64,000 bases of DNA from Bacteroidota bacterium. Lineage in GTDB: Bacteria > Bacteroidota > Bacteroidia > AKYH767-A > 2013-40CM-41-45. Within the stretch, counting starts at the first letter, position 1. Each line of letters begins with the position of its first letter. Position numbers and translations under genes: made by a program. Where the stretch lies: positions 512,308 to 576,307 of the forward strand of contig JADJFC010000002.1 of assembly GCA_016708785.1 (NCBI GenBank). Reading direction: 5' to 3'. Below, one piece after another: positions 1-12,256 of this stretch. The notes beneath the pieces were generated by a model. It was not told where the DNA came from. It saw nothing but the letters and a program-made list of their open reading frames with translations, and ran no database searches.

Positions 1-1
1 A

Positions 2-3000
2 GCTATTTTCATGATGGACTATGATGATGGGTTTGTTGCTTACCTGAACGGATACGAAATTGCAAGAGCAAATTTAAATGGTTATCCTCGTCCGGCATGG
101 AATACACTTGCTAGTTCTTCTCATGAAGCTCAACGATATCAAGGTGAACGCTTGATTCGTTTTTCGTAGATCCAACTTTCTTGAAATCAATCTTACGGCA
201 AGGAACAAATGTTCTTTCCGTTGAAACGCATGACGTTTCTGCATCATCAACTGATTTGTCATCAGAACCCTATTTATTTTTTGGAATGATAAATACAGGG
301 TCTACTTATAGTTCTACCCCTTCTTGGTTTCTTTCTCCTTCTGAAGATTACTTCAATGCAAAATTTAAATTGGCAAGAACAGGAGAAACGATCACCTTGT
401 ATAATCCGGGTGGTACAGTGGTCAATCAAGTTATTTGTCCTGCAATAGATATTGATAATTCATATGGAAGAAAACCGGATGGTGGTGTTAGCTTTTGTTA
501 TATGGCAACTCCAACCCCTGGAAACAGTAATAACTCAACGGTATGTTACAATGGATATGGAGGCCCTGTTATTTTCAGTAAGGCAAGCGGATTTTATAGT
601 TCATCACAAAATCTAACTTTATCAAGCCCAATTCCAGGAGCGCAAATACGTTATACTACGAATGGAAATGTGCCAAAACCGACCGATCAATTATACACTA
701 GCCAGATCCATATTACAAGTACAAAGGTAGTCAGAGCAAGAGTGTGTTTGTCAGGGTACTTACCCGGACCAACAATAACAAATACTTTTTAATTAATGAG
801 AATACGCATCTGCCTGTATTTTCTATCGTAACCGACTCATTAAATTTGTGGGATTATAACACAGGTATTTATGTTAAAGGCCCGAATGCTGCATCTGCAT
901 CACCTTACTTCGGTGCAAATTTCTGGAAGATTGGCAGAAACCTGCCTCAGTGGAATTCTTTGACAAAGGGCAAAACTCAATTATTAAATTTGATTCTGAT
1001 ATTAGAAATCTATGGAAATTATTCTCGAGCAAAAGACCAGAAAAGTTTCGAGATCAAATTAAGTGACCGTTATGGAACAAGTGAGATAAACTATCCTTTC
1101 TGGACAGACAAACCCTATGTTGATAAGGTTGAAAAGGTGATTGTACACAATGCCGGTACTGACTGGAATGTCGTTCATTTCCGTGATGGTTTAATGGAAA
1201 GAATTATGAGAAATACATATAGTGGATATCTCTCATCTGAACCTACGATCATGTTTCTTAATGGTGCATATTGGGGAGTCTATAATGTTCGGGAGCATAA
1301 CAACGCTACATGGATAAAAAATAACTACGGACTAGACAAGTCTGAAATTGATCTTTTGGATGAAAGTGGAAGCTCTATTGAAGTTAAAGAGGGAAGTGAT
1401 CTGAGTTTCTGGGATATGTATAACTATGCAACTTCACAAAATGCAAGTACTCAGTCGTACTATGATTATATGAACACTGTTCTGGATTTGAAAAATTATG
1501 CAGATTATTTTATTGCAGAAACTTATTACAATAATGGCGACTGGATAGGTGACTGGACAAATAATATTAAAATGTGGAGACCAAATTCCAGCGGTAGTAA
1601 ATGGAAATATTTATTGATGGATACGGACTACGGATTTGGATTGAAAGGAAGTGTGAACGATAACAGATTATCTATTGCAATCAATCCTGTCGCTTTTTCT
1701 TATTCTTCAGAAATGTTTGATGCAATAACTGACAACCCGACTTTTAAAAGGTACTTCATTAACAGGTATGCTGATTTGATAAATACAATTTATTTACCAT
1801 CAAATGTGCAGGATGAAATTGATCACTTCCAAGATTCAACTGCATTTGATATGGTTGACCATTTTGCAAAATGGGGTAGCAACACCTCAACTTGGCAATC
1901 AAATATCAATTCAATGAAGACATTTGTAAATGCTCGTCCTGATAAAGTTCGCGATCAGATTAAAGCGCAGTTTTCACTTGCAAGTAAAGTAACGCTTACT
2001 TTGAATTGTTCACCTGCAGGTTCAGGCCGAATTGAGATCAATACTATTACACCAACTAGTTTGCCTTGGTCTGGAGTTTACTTCAACGGAAATCCGGTAA
2101 CTCTTACTGCAATCCCTAATCCCGGGTATACATTCGATCATTTCAGATCTAATGTTGTTATCTCATCAAATAATTTTAATCAATCCGTTACCTATAATTT
2201 TACTGCTAATGATGTTATCACCGCATACTTTACCGGCTCTTCTACAAGCGCTCAAGTAACAATCAGTGAACTCAATTATAATTCAGATTCTGCTTCAAAT
2301 GCCGGAGACTGGATTGAATTATGGAATTATGGAAGTACTGCGTTAAACATTTCCGGATGGAAATTAAAAGATGGTCAGGACAATCACGTTTTTGCGTTTC
2401 CTACAGGAACGGTGATTCCTGCAAATGGATATTTAGTTGTTGTTGAAGATTCACTTAAGTTTGAAACTCAATTTCCAAACGTAAACAATAGGATAGGAGA
2501 GCTAGGTTTTAATTTCGGTAATGGCGGTGATGAAATACGATTGTTTAATCATGCAGATGTTCTTCGGCTTTCTTTTACTTACCAGGAGATCTCGCCCTGG
2601 CCATTTGAAGCAGATGGTGGAGGCTATACCTGTGAGTTAGTTAATCGAAATGTCAGTCTGAACGATGGCTCAAACTGGTTCGCCGGATGTCTAGGTGGTT
2701 CACCGGGTCGTGCATATAGTGCTTCTATTTCTACGACTTTGAGTATAAATGGAAATACTACAATTTGTTCAGGTGATAATTCAATTTTGCATGTTACGAG
2801 TGTACCCGGATATACTTATCAATGGCGTAGAAATAATATTTCAATTCCCGGTGCTAATGCTGATTCATTGATTGCTACACAAGCCGGAAATTATACTGTA
2901 TCGGTAAGTGATGCCGGTTGTTCTATTGTAACACCATCTGTAACATTAACAGTTGTGTCTGTTACTGCCGATCCTGTTACAACATCGGCATCTGCATGTG

Positions 3001-6000
3001 GCGCCAGTTCATTAACTCTGACGGCAAGTGCGTCAGATTCAATTTTCTGGTATGATGCACCTAATGGTACAGAGTTGGGAACCGGAGAAACATTTACTAC
3101 TCCGGTAATTTCGAGTACGACAACATATTATGTTAGAAGCAGTAGAAATTGTCCAAGCGGATACGTTACTGCGGTTGCAACAATAACGCCACAGGCAGCA
3201 ACACCATTGGTTAACGATGTATTCCGTTGTGGCCCGGGAACAGTAACACTTACTGCTTCTGACACTGCTACGATTCACTGGTATAATGCACCAATTGGAG
3301 GTGGGCTTTTAGAAACAGGAAGCACTTTTGTTACGAATATTATTCCTCATGATACTGTATTTTATGTTGAAGCCGGTGATTATTGTCCAAGTCAACGTAT
3401 CGAAGTTCATGTTACAATTAATACAACTGATTCACCGACTGCCAGTGATGTTTCAAGATGTGGATCCGGAACATTGACTTTAGATGCTACATCAACTGCA
3501 CCGATATTATGGTTTACATCTGAGTTTGGCGGTTCTTCAGTTGGAAGTGGCGCATCTTGGGTAACTCCAACATTAGCTGCTTCAGATACTTTCTATGCTG
3601 AAGCAAATAGTGGTTGTGCCAGTACGCGAACAAGAGTAATTGCTTTGGTCAACCCGATACCTTCGCCGCCAACTGCTGCAAATGTCAGCATCTGTGGTTC
3701 AGGAACAGTTGATCTGAATGCAATATCGACTGAACAAGTATATTGGTTTACTTCTTCTATTGGTGGTACATTATTAAATACAGGTACTGCTTTTACAACT
3801 CCGGTAATTTCTACGACAACTACATATTATATTGAAGCCGGTTATACATGTCGAAGTACAAGGACTTCAGTTCAGGCAATTGTCTTGCCTTTACCTGCAG
3901 CACCGACTGCTTCTGATGTATCAAGATGTGGTCCGGGATCTGTTGACCTACTTGCAAATTCACCTGAACTTATAACCTGGTATGATGCTCCTGTGGCAGG
4001 AAATTTACTGGGAACAGGCGACACTTACTCTACCCCTTCAATTTCAGTGACAACTCCATTCTACGCTGAAGCAGGTACTACTTGTTTAAGTGCTACACGA
4101 ACAACAGTGAATGCTATTATTGATGCCCCACCTGCTCCTCCAACTGCATCAGATGTTTCCCGTTGCGGAACTGGAGTAGTTACTCTTACTGCTTCCTCAA
4201 GTTTGACGATCTATTGGTACAGTGCTGCAACTGGTGGTTCACCAATTGCTACCGTACCAAGTTTCACGACGCCATCAATTTCAGCAAATACTACTTATTA
4301 TGTAGAAGCAGGTAATACTTGTCGCAGCTCGCGTATTCCTGTGAATGCTATTATTGCATCTCCTCCGGCTCCACCGACTGTTGTGGATGGTTCGCGATGT
4401 GGAACAGGTACTGTGGTTCTTAACGCTTCTTCACCTGAAACAATTAACTGGTTTGCTAATTCAAGTGGTGGTTCTTCACTTGGTACAGGAACAACTTTTA
4501 CAACACCTGTTATCAGTACAACAACAACATATTTTGCAGAAGCAGGTAGTGGATGTAATAGTTCACGTGTAGCTGTTCAGGCAAGTGTTACTGCCGCTCC
4601 GGGTGCGCCTGTTGCACCGGCTGTTTCGCGTTGTGGCACCGGAACTGTTACCCTTTCAGCAACCGGTACTCAAACGATTTATTGGTACAGTGCAGCATCC
4701 GGCGGAACTTTGCTTGCGACTGCTTCATCTTTTACGACTCCTTCAATTTCATCAACTACTACTTATTATGTTGAACAGGGAAATGGAACTTGTCAATCAA
4801 GCCGACTTGCAGTACAAGCTATCGTAAATTCAATTCCGTCTTCTCCGGTCGCTTCAAATGTAAGCCGATGCGGAACCGGAACAGTGACTCTAACAGCAAC
4901 TTCATCTACGACTGTGAATTGGTATTCTGCATCAACCGGTGGAACACTTTTGGGTACCGGATTATCATTCACGACACCTTCAATTTCCACAACTACTAAT
5001 TATTATGCTGAAGCAAATAATGGATGTGCAAGTGCAAGAACATCTGTAAGTGCAATCGTAAATTCAATTCCTGCTCTACCGGTAGCTTCCGATGTAAGCA
5101 GATGCGGAAATGGGACTGTTACTTTAGTTGCTACATCTTCTGAACAATGCTATTGGTATAGTGCTTCAACAGGTGGAACCTTATTGTTTACAGGCTCATC
5201 ATTTACAACACCAAGTATATCATCGACAACAACTTATTATGTTGAAACAGGGAACACTTGCCGAAGCAGCCGCGTTGCTGTCCAGGCTATCATAACTAAT
5301 CAACCTGCAAGTCCTGTTGTTACAGACGGATCAAGATGCGGAAGTGGAACTGTTACTTTAACGGCAACTGCTACTACACAAATTAACTGGTATACTGTTC
5401 CAAGTGGAGGAACTTCAATTGCAACAGGAAATTCATTTACAACACCAAGTATTACATCAACAACAATCTATTATACTGATGCAGGAACAGGCGCAGGCTG
5501 TATAAGCGTTCGTGTTCCTGTAACAGCTACAATAAATTCTATTCCATCTTCGCCATCGGCAAATGATGTTTCACGATGCGGTACAGGAACAGTAACTCTG
5601 ATTGCCACAGGTACACAACAGATCTACTGGTATAGTGCAGCTACGGGAGGTACATTACTATTTACCGGCAGTTCATTTACAACTCCTTCTATTTCGACAA
5701 CTACTACTTATTATGTTGAGCAGGGAAATACTTGCCGAAGTACAAGAATTCCTGTTGATGCAATGATTATTGCACCACCAGTATCTCCAGCTGTAACCGA
5801 TGGTAGTCGTTGTGGTGCCGGTACTGTTGTATTAAATGCAACTTCAACAACACAAATAAACTGGTATACGTCAGCTTCCGGTGGAGCTGCAATTGCTACT
5901 GGAAGTTCATTCACAACTCCTTCAATTTCTGTTACTACTACTTATTATGCAGATGCAGGAACGGGTTGTAATAGCTCACGTGTTCCTGTCGTAGCGACTA

Positions 6001-8597
6001 TAAATTCAATACCATTAAATCCTTTCGCAACAGATGTTTCAAGGTGTGGTCCTGGAGTTGTTAGTTTGACAGCAACTTCAACTGCTCAGATCAGATGGTA
6101 TTCTGCTGCAAGCGGAGGAACATTATTATTTACCGGATCAAATTTCACAACTCCTTCTTTGGCTTCAACTACTACTTATTATGTGGAAGCAAATAACGGT
6201 TGCGCATCTTCTCGTATTCCTGTGCAGGCAATAATTAATTCAATACCGGCTGACCCTACTGTAACCGATGGTTCTCGCTGCGGAACAGGTACTGTTCAAC
6301 TCAGTGCTTCTTCGCCCGTTAGTGTAATCTGGTATGCAAACGCTTCCGGAGGATCTTCAATCGGTACCGGACTTACTTTTACTACTCCCTCAATTTCTAC
6401 TACGACAACATTCTACGCCGAAGCATCAAATGGATGTAGCAGTGCACGTGTCCCTGTAGAAGCAGTTGTAAATATCTTACCAAGTTTACCGGTTGCAAAC
6501 AGTGCTTCATTATGTAATGCCGGATCATTGACATTATCAGCAACTTCAAATGGACCATTATCGTGGTACAGTGCTGCAACAGGTGGAACGTTATTAGGAA
6601 CAGGTGCAACTTTTGTTACTCCTGTCATCTCAGCTACAACTACCTATTATGTAGAAGCTGGCGATGTGTGCAGAACAGCAAGAGTTGCTGTTGATGCTAT
6701 CATCACTACGCCACCAACTGCACCTGTTTTAGTCGATGGTGATCGTTGTGGTACTGGTTCGGTGACTCTTAATGCTACCAGCGCCACTCAAGTGAACTGG
6801 TATTCTTCAGCCAGCGGTGGAACTTTACTAGGAACGGGACTTACTTTCAACACCCCTTCAATCAGTACGACAACTACTTTTTATGCAGAGGCCGGATTAG
6901 GTTGTAATAGTGCAAGAGTTTCTGTCCAGGCAATTGTGAATCCAATTCCTTCTGATCCGATCGCTGTGAGTGGAAACCGCTGCGGAACTGGAAGTATTAC
7001 ATTAACGGCTACATCGCCTGAACAAATTTATTGGTATTCATCACCAACCGGTGGTAGTTCTATGGGTACAGGATCAACATTCAATACTCCTTCGGTCTCT
7101 ACTACAACTACCTTCTATGTTGAGACCGGTGATATTTGCAGAAGTAATAGAGTCGCAGTTGCTGCTGTCGTGAATCCGATTCCTTCTGCACCTGCGACTT
7201 CAGATGTTTCAAGATGTAACAATGGTACAATTACATTGAATGCAGTTTCAAGTGAAACAATTTTCTGGTATGATACACCATCAGGAGGAAATTTATTGTT
7301 TACCGGACCGTCATTTACTACGCCTTCATTATCTGTTTCTACTCCTTATTATGTAGCAACAGGCGATATCTGTATTAGTCCTCGTGTTCAGGTTTATGCA
7401 ATTATTACTAATCCGCCTGCGGATCCGGTTCTTGTCGATGGATTTACTTGCGGTACAGGTTCTGTTATGCTAACCGGAACTGCGTCCATTCAGATCAATT
7501 GGTATGATGCAGCAAGTGGTGGTACTTTACTAGGCATAGGTGATACATTGTTTACTCCAGTGATCTCCTCTAATACGGTATTTTATGCAATTGCCGGTTT
7601 GGGCTGTAACAGTAATGTGGTTTCTGTCAATGCAACTGTAAATTCAATCCCTGCTGATCCAACAACTCAAAATGCTTTTAGTTGTGGTCCGGGTTCAGTA
7701 ACATTAAATGCAACTTCTACCGAACAATTGTATTGGTATGATTCAGCAACAGGTGGTACTTTGCTTTTAACAGGAAGTTCTTTCATCACTCCATCTATCT
7801 TGACAACAACAACCTATTATGTTGAAGCAGGTGATATTTGTAGAAGCAATCGTATTGCAGTAATTGCTTCCATAAATGCAGTATCAGAGATTTCTTCATT
7901 TACGTCATCAAATAGTTGTGGTGAAGGCATAATAACTTTGGAAGCAATTTCATCCGATCCAATAAGTTGGTATGACTCACCAGGTGGTACACTTCTGGGA
8001 ACAGGGAATACTTTTAATACACCTTTGCTTACTGCATCACAGACTTTTTACGCTATTGCCGGTATTGATTGTCCAAGTCCTTTTCAAGCGATTGATGCAA
8101 CAGTTTTTGATCTGCCAGTGGTGGATCTTGGTCCGGATACTTTATATTATCAAACCGGACAGACTGTTATCCTTGATGCAGGTGCAGGATTTGATAGTTA
8201 CTTATGGTCAAATTCGGAGTCGACGCAGCAGATATCGGTGACTATTCCGGGTTTCTATGAAGTTACAGCAACAGATACAAATGGTTGCCTGGGTTCTGAT
8301 ATTGTTTATGTAGATTTCACAAATGCAATTGTTCAGAATGAGTTGAGTCAATTGATTCAAGTATATCCAAATCCGACACATGATAAATTCATTGTTAATT
8401 TGAATAGTAAATCATTCAAAAAATTGTCAATGCGTATTATGAGTGCAGATGGAAGATTAGTGGAGGCGAAAGTTGTCAGTTCTCCTTCCGGAAATTACCA
8501 TGAAGAATTCTCGCTTCAGAAATATTCGGCCGGTGTTTACTTCCTCGAACTACAAAACGAAACTCAGAAAGCAACTGTAAAACTTATTTTACAATAA
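2..8597 (+). CDS. Giant secreted CotH-kinase-like / lamin-tail-domain protein with 22 tandem ~80-aa Ig-like repeats and a T9SS C-terminal sorting domain. The 5' end lies outside the window. The frame is broken twice near the 5' end (T5 runs at 160-164 and 786-790), giving ORF pieces 2-169, 181-792 and 744-8597.
   Basis: Chitobiase/hexosaminidase-C-like segment (GAQIRYTTNGNVPKPTD). CotH-like core (HNAGTDWNVVHFRDGLMERI, AYWGVYNVREHNN, YFINRYADLIN). LTD motif (SAQVTISELNYNSDSASNAGDWIELWNYGSTALNISGWKLKD). 22 repeats of the type SRCGTGTVTLTATS..WYSAASGGTLL..SFTTPSISTTTTYYVE. C-terminus VYPNPTHDKFIVNL...GVYFLELQ matches a Por secretion tail. Adding one T at each T5 run makes a continuous frame (..ERLIRFFVDPTFL.. 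and ..TNTFLINENTHLPVF..). Confidence 0.8.
2960..8100 (+). repeat. In-frame tandem array of 22 copies of a ~240-bp (80-codon) repeat inside the giant CotH/LTD gene
   Basis: Periodic recurrence of the CG.G(T/S)V.L.A.S......WY.A..GG.LL.TG..FTTP.IS.TTTYYVEA...C.S.R..V.A.I unit in the translation. Copies are diverged at the DNA level but keep a conserved Cys pair and the W-Y/TTYY core. Confidence 0.85.
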
Positions 8598-8623
8598 ACA
8601 CTTCAAATATAATTTATAGAAAA

Positions 8624-8655
8624 GGGAAAGCAAAAATGGCTTTCCCTTTTTTTTT
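8624..8655 (+). terminator. Rho-independent terminator of the giant CotH/LTD gene
   Basis: Perfect 8-bp stem GGGAAAGC / GCTTTCCC with a 7-nt loop, followed by a T9 run, 27 bp after the stop. Confidence 0.8.
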
Positions 8656-8700
8656 GACCCTTGACCCTTGACCCTTGACTTTTTTGACTTCTGACTTTTT
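8655..8700. repeat. Heptamer tandem repeat (TTGACCC)x3 continuing as TTGACTT variants, directly after the terminator T-run
   Basis: Direct reading: gacccttgacccttgacccttgacttttttgacttctgacttttt. Confidence 0.7.
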
Positions 8701-8744
8701 ATTTTTGACATGAAAGATTAATTATATGTCTACCTTTACCCGGC

Positions 8745-10504
8745 ATGGTAACAAAAAAAATCGGCATTTGGCGTAGAAGGTATTTTGGAACACGAACTTC
8801 CTTAATGCTTACAAGCGTGGTGATCGGTTTGCTTACTGCCTTATGTGCTGTTGTATTGAAAAACAGTGTTCATTTTATTCAGCAATGGGTTCATCAGATT
8901 TCAATTGCTGAAAATTCACATTATCTTCTTTTTGTTTTTCCAACACTTGGTATACTCCTTACCGTCTTTTATACTCAAGTTTTCAGAAACGGTGATTTGG
9001 GAAGAGGAGTAACCAATATAATTTTTGCTATTTCCAGAAAGTCGAGTTACGTCGAGAAAGATAAATTGTATTCGCAAATGCTCAGTAGTATTCTGACAGT
9101 TGGATTTGGTGGGTCAGCAGGACTTGAAGCACCTATTGCAGCAACCGGTTCAGCGATAGGAAGTAATACAGCAAGGTGGCTGCATTTTAATCTTAAAGAG
9201 CGGACACTGTTGCTCGCTTGCGGTACAGCCGCAGGAATCTCTGCGATTTTCAATGCACCAATTGCCGGAGTTATTTTTGCATTTGAAATTCTTTTGGTGA
9301 ATATGCCCATGCCGGTGATTGTCCCATTACTAATTGCATCTGCATCATCTGCACTGTTATCCAAGTTGATCTATTCCGGACAACCATTTGTGTTGATCAC
9401 CAATTCATGGTCTTCAGATCACCTGGGTTACTATGTTCTTTTTGGAATTATTGCAGCGCTGCTCTCTGTGTATGCAATCAGAATTTACTTTTTTATTGGT
9501 GATTTGTTTTATGGGAAAAAGCAGGTATATCTGAAAGCAATCATTGGTGGATTATTTTTGGGTGCACTAATTTTTTTATTTCCTCCACTTTATGGTGAAG
9601 GTTATGATAGTGTACTAAACCTTTTACACAAGGAATCTACTGCACTGATTTCTGATTCAGCATTCATTCCAAATGCCGGAGCATGGACTGTTGTTGTTTT
9701 TGCAATTGCACTCATGCTATTGAAAGTTGTCGCAACTTCATTGACCGTTGGGGCAGGAGGGAATGGTGGTATGTTTGGCTCTTCGCTCTTTACCGGAGCT
9801 ATGTGCGGATATGCATTTTCGCATTCAGTCAATTTGCTAGGATTAGCACATTTAGATGAAGTCAATTTTACAGTAATTGGGATGGCTGCAATGATGAGTG
9901 GAATTATTCATTCGCCGCTGACAGCAATATTTTTAATTGCAGAGATCACCGGCGGCTATGCCTTGTTTGTTCCTCTGATGGTTGTTGTATCAATAGCATA
10001 TCTTGTTTCAGGTATTTTGAACCATTCTCTGTCTACACAAAAAAACTTGCGCTGAAAGGTGATCTGATCACCACTGATAAAGACAAATTGGTTCTTGCAA
10101 AAATGAATCTTCAGGATTATCTGGAAACTGATTTTATTCCAGTGAATGAAAATGATACACTTGCAGACTTGATCCATGCTATCGAAAATTCAAAGAGAAA
10201 TATTTTTCCTGTGGTGAATGAAGAAAACAAACTGGTTGGTGAAATCCTACTTGATAATGTACGCCATGTTATGTTCTCCAAAGAACTTTATGACAAAACA
10301 TTCATAAAAGATCTTATGATCACTCCCGCAGCAATCGTAGATGTAAATGACAGTATGGAAAAAGTTCTGAAGCTATTTGACGAAACCAATCTGTGGAACC
10401 TCCCTGTAACCGATAAAGGCAAGTATGTCGGTTTTGTTTCCAAATCAAAAATATTTACACAGTATAGGCATCATTTGATTAAGGATGCTGTTGTGCCGGC
10501 TTAA
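8745..10504 (+). CDS. Voltage-gated ClC-family chloride channel with a C-terminal CBS-domain pair. The frame is broken at the A7 run 10039-10045 (ORF pieces 8745-10055 and 10088-10504).
   Basis: ClC signatures (GFGGSAGLEAPIAATGSAIGS, GVIFAFEI, multiple TM helices). Downstream frame encodes a CBS pair (IFPVVNEENKLVGEILLDNV, NLWNLPVTDKGKYVGFVSKSKI). Reading through the A-run with one extra A gives ..STQKKLALKGDLITTDKDKLVLAKMNLQDYLE.., a continuous protein of about 586 aa. Confidence 0.8.
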
Positions 10505-10511
10505 TTGAGTT

Positions 10512-10609
10512 AAAGGTCAAAGGTCAAAGTTAGCTTCGTAGTCACCTACGAAGCCAAACCTTTGACCTTTGACCTTTGACCTTTAACCTTTAACCTTTGA
10601 CCTTTGACC
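10512..10609. terminator. Bidirectional terminator. A 9-bp hairpin (GCTTCGTAG tcac CTACGAAGC) is flanked on the left by (TCAAAGG)2 and on the right by (CCTTTGA)7 heptamer repeats, forming an extended palindrome between convergent genes.
   Basis: Direct reading. The left and right heptamers are reverse complements of each other. The right array runs up to the lpdA stop codon at 10609-10611. Confidence 0.7.
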
Positions 10610-11997
10610 TACAAGTGTATGCACTCCCCATACGCCTCAGCCACTGCCTCCATGATCGCTTCACTCATAGTCGGGTGAGGGTGGATGGTCTTAATAATTT
10701 CGTGACCTGTTGTTTCTAATTTACGGGCAGCAACAACCTCTGCTACTAGCTCAGTAACATTTGCACCTATCATGTGCGCTCCCAGCCATTCGCCATATTT
10801 AGCATCGAAAATTACTTTTACAAAACCATCTGCATTACCACCGGCTTTTGCTTTACCACTTGCTGAGAATGGAAACTTTCCAATTTTAATTTCATAACCT
10901 GCTTCTTTCGCTGCTTTCTCTGTGTAACCAACAGATGCAATTTCCGGAGAACAATAAGTACATCCCGGAACATTTTTATAGTCAATCGGTTCAACATGCA
11001 TACCTGCAATTTTTTCTATACACGTAATAGCTTCATGAGAAGCAACGTGAGCGAGTGCAGGAGTATTCAGTACATCTCCAATCGCGAAGTAACCCGGCAT
11101 ATTTGTCTGATACCATTCGTTGACAAGAATTTTTCCTTTGTCTGTAATGATACCAACTTCTTCCAAACCTATATTTTCAATATTTGAAGAAATACCTACT
11201 GCTGAAAGTACAACATCACACTCCAATATCTCTTCGCCTTTTTTACTTTTCACTTTTACTTTACATCCTGCTCCTGATGTGTCTACACTTTCAACTGTTG
11301 ACTCGAGCATGATCTCTATTCCTGATTTCTTGAATGAACGGGCAAGTTGCTTTGATACATCTTCGTCTTCGATTGGAACAATATTTGGCATAAATTCTAC
11401 GATCGTTACCTTGGTACCAATTGAATGATAGAAATATGCAAACTCAACGCCGATTGCGCCTGAACCTACAACCACAATTGACTTTGGTTGCTTTTCAAGA
11501 TTCATCGCTTCACGATAACCAATCACTTTTTTACCGTCTTGTTTTAAGTTCGGTAATTCACGTGAACGCGCTCCTGTAGCTATAATGATATTTTTTGCTT
11601 CGTAAGTTTGAGTCTTTCCCGCACTGTCTTTTACTTCGATCTTACGTCCACTTTTTAATGTGCCATAACCGGAGATCACATCGATCTTGTTTTTCTTTAA
11701 CAAAAAAGTAACTCCTTTGCTCATTGCGTCGGCTACACCACGGCTTCGTTTTATCATCGATGGGAAATCAGCTTCAACACCGGTAGTTTTTATTCCATAG
11801 TCCTGAGCATGCATCAAATATTCAAAAACCTGTGCGCTTTTTAATAATGCTTTCGTCGGGATGCATCCCCAATTTAAACAAACTCCACCTAACTCCGATT
11901 TCTCAACAATTGCTGTTTTCATTCCTAATTGCGCCGCACGAATTGCTGCTACATAACCACCGGGACCACTGCCCAAAACAATAAGATCGTAATTCAT
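10609..11997 (-). CDS. lpdA: Dihydrolipoyl dehydrogenase (E3 component)
   Basis: N-terminal FAD fingerprint MNYDLIVLGSGPGGYVAAIRAAQLG, redox-active disulfide GGVCLNWGCIPTKALL, 462 aa. Confidence 0.95.
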   Translation of the reverse strand: MNYDLIVLGSGPGGYVAAIRAAQLGMKTAIVEKSELGGVCLNWGCIPTKALLKSAQVFEYLMHAQDYGIKTTGVEADFPSMIKRSRGVADAMSKGVTFLLKKNKIDVISGYGTLKSGRKIEVKDSAGKTQTYEAKNIIIATGARSRELPNLKQDGKKVIGYREAMNLEKQPKSIVVVGSGAIGVEFAYFYHSIGTKVTIVEFMPNIVPIEDEDVSKQLARSFKKSGIEIMLESTVESVDTSGAGCKVKVKSKKGEEILECDVVLSAVGISSNIENIGLEEVGIITDKGKILVNEWYQTNMPGYFAIGDVLNTPALAHVASHEAITCIEKIAGMHVEPIDYKNVPGCTYCSPEIASVGYTEKAAKEAGYEIKIGKFPFSASGKAKAGGNADGFVKVIFDAKYGEWLGAHMIGANVTELVAEVVAARKLETTGHEIIKTIHPHPTMSEAIMEAVAEAYGECIHL

Positions 11998-12256
11998 AAT
12001 TTTCAGAATTTGTGCGAAGGTAATTACATTTTTGTTATTTAGAAGGCGTTTTTTTTGCGAATAGGTATTCGTAAGTTATTGCAATATAAGATGTTATAAC
12101 GTCATGGTTTTGGATGAAATGGAATTTGCGTTTGAATCAAAAATTTAGAATCAGAATTGATGACTACTTCATTCTGATTCGGAGGGTGAAAGTGCCATAA
12201 AAATGTTGAATTCTTCAGCATGACTTACGTAAAATGCAAGGGTATTATTTATAAAA

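Noticed and set aside
3039-7000. Short ORFs inside or antisense to the giant repeat genes (e.g. 3039-3278, 4345-4572, 4585-4827, 4793-4990, 5711-5914, 6400-6628)
   Set aside because: They lie entirely within the 2617-aa coding region or its complement. Their low-complexity, repeat-driven translations are typical of spurious ORFs.
2960-8100. CRISPR array suggested by the regular tandem repeats
   Set aside because: The period is ~240 bp. Units are diverged and form one continuous ORF with protein-level conservation. No spacer/repeat dichotomy is present.
181-8597. Treating ORFs 181-792 and 744-8597 (and likewise 8745-10055/10088-10504, 12257-13381/13339-14013, 60171-60944/61076-61960, 36355-38352/33687-36554, 50962-52593/48131-50953/46369-48285) as separate genes or pseudogenes
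   Set aside because: Each pair is one conserved protein whose frames are joined by a single-base homopolymer correction. rho is essential, so true pseudogenisation is implausible.
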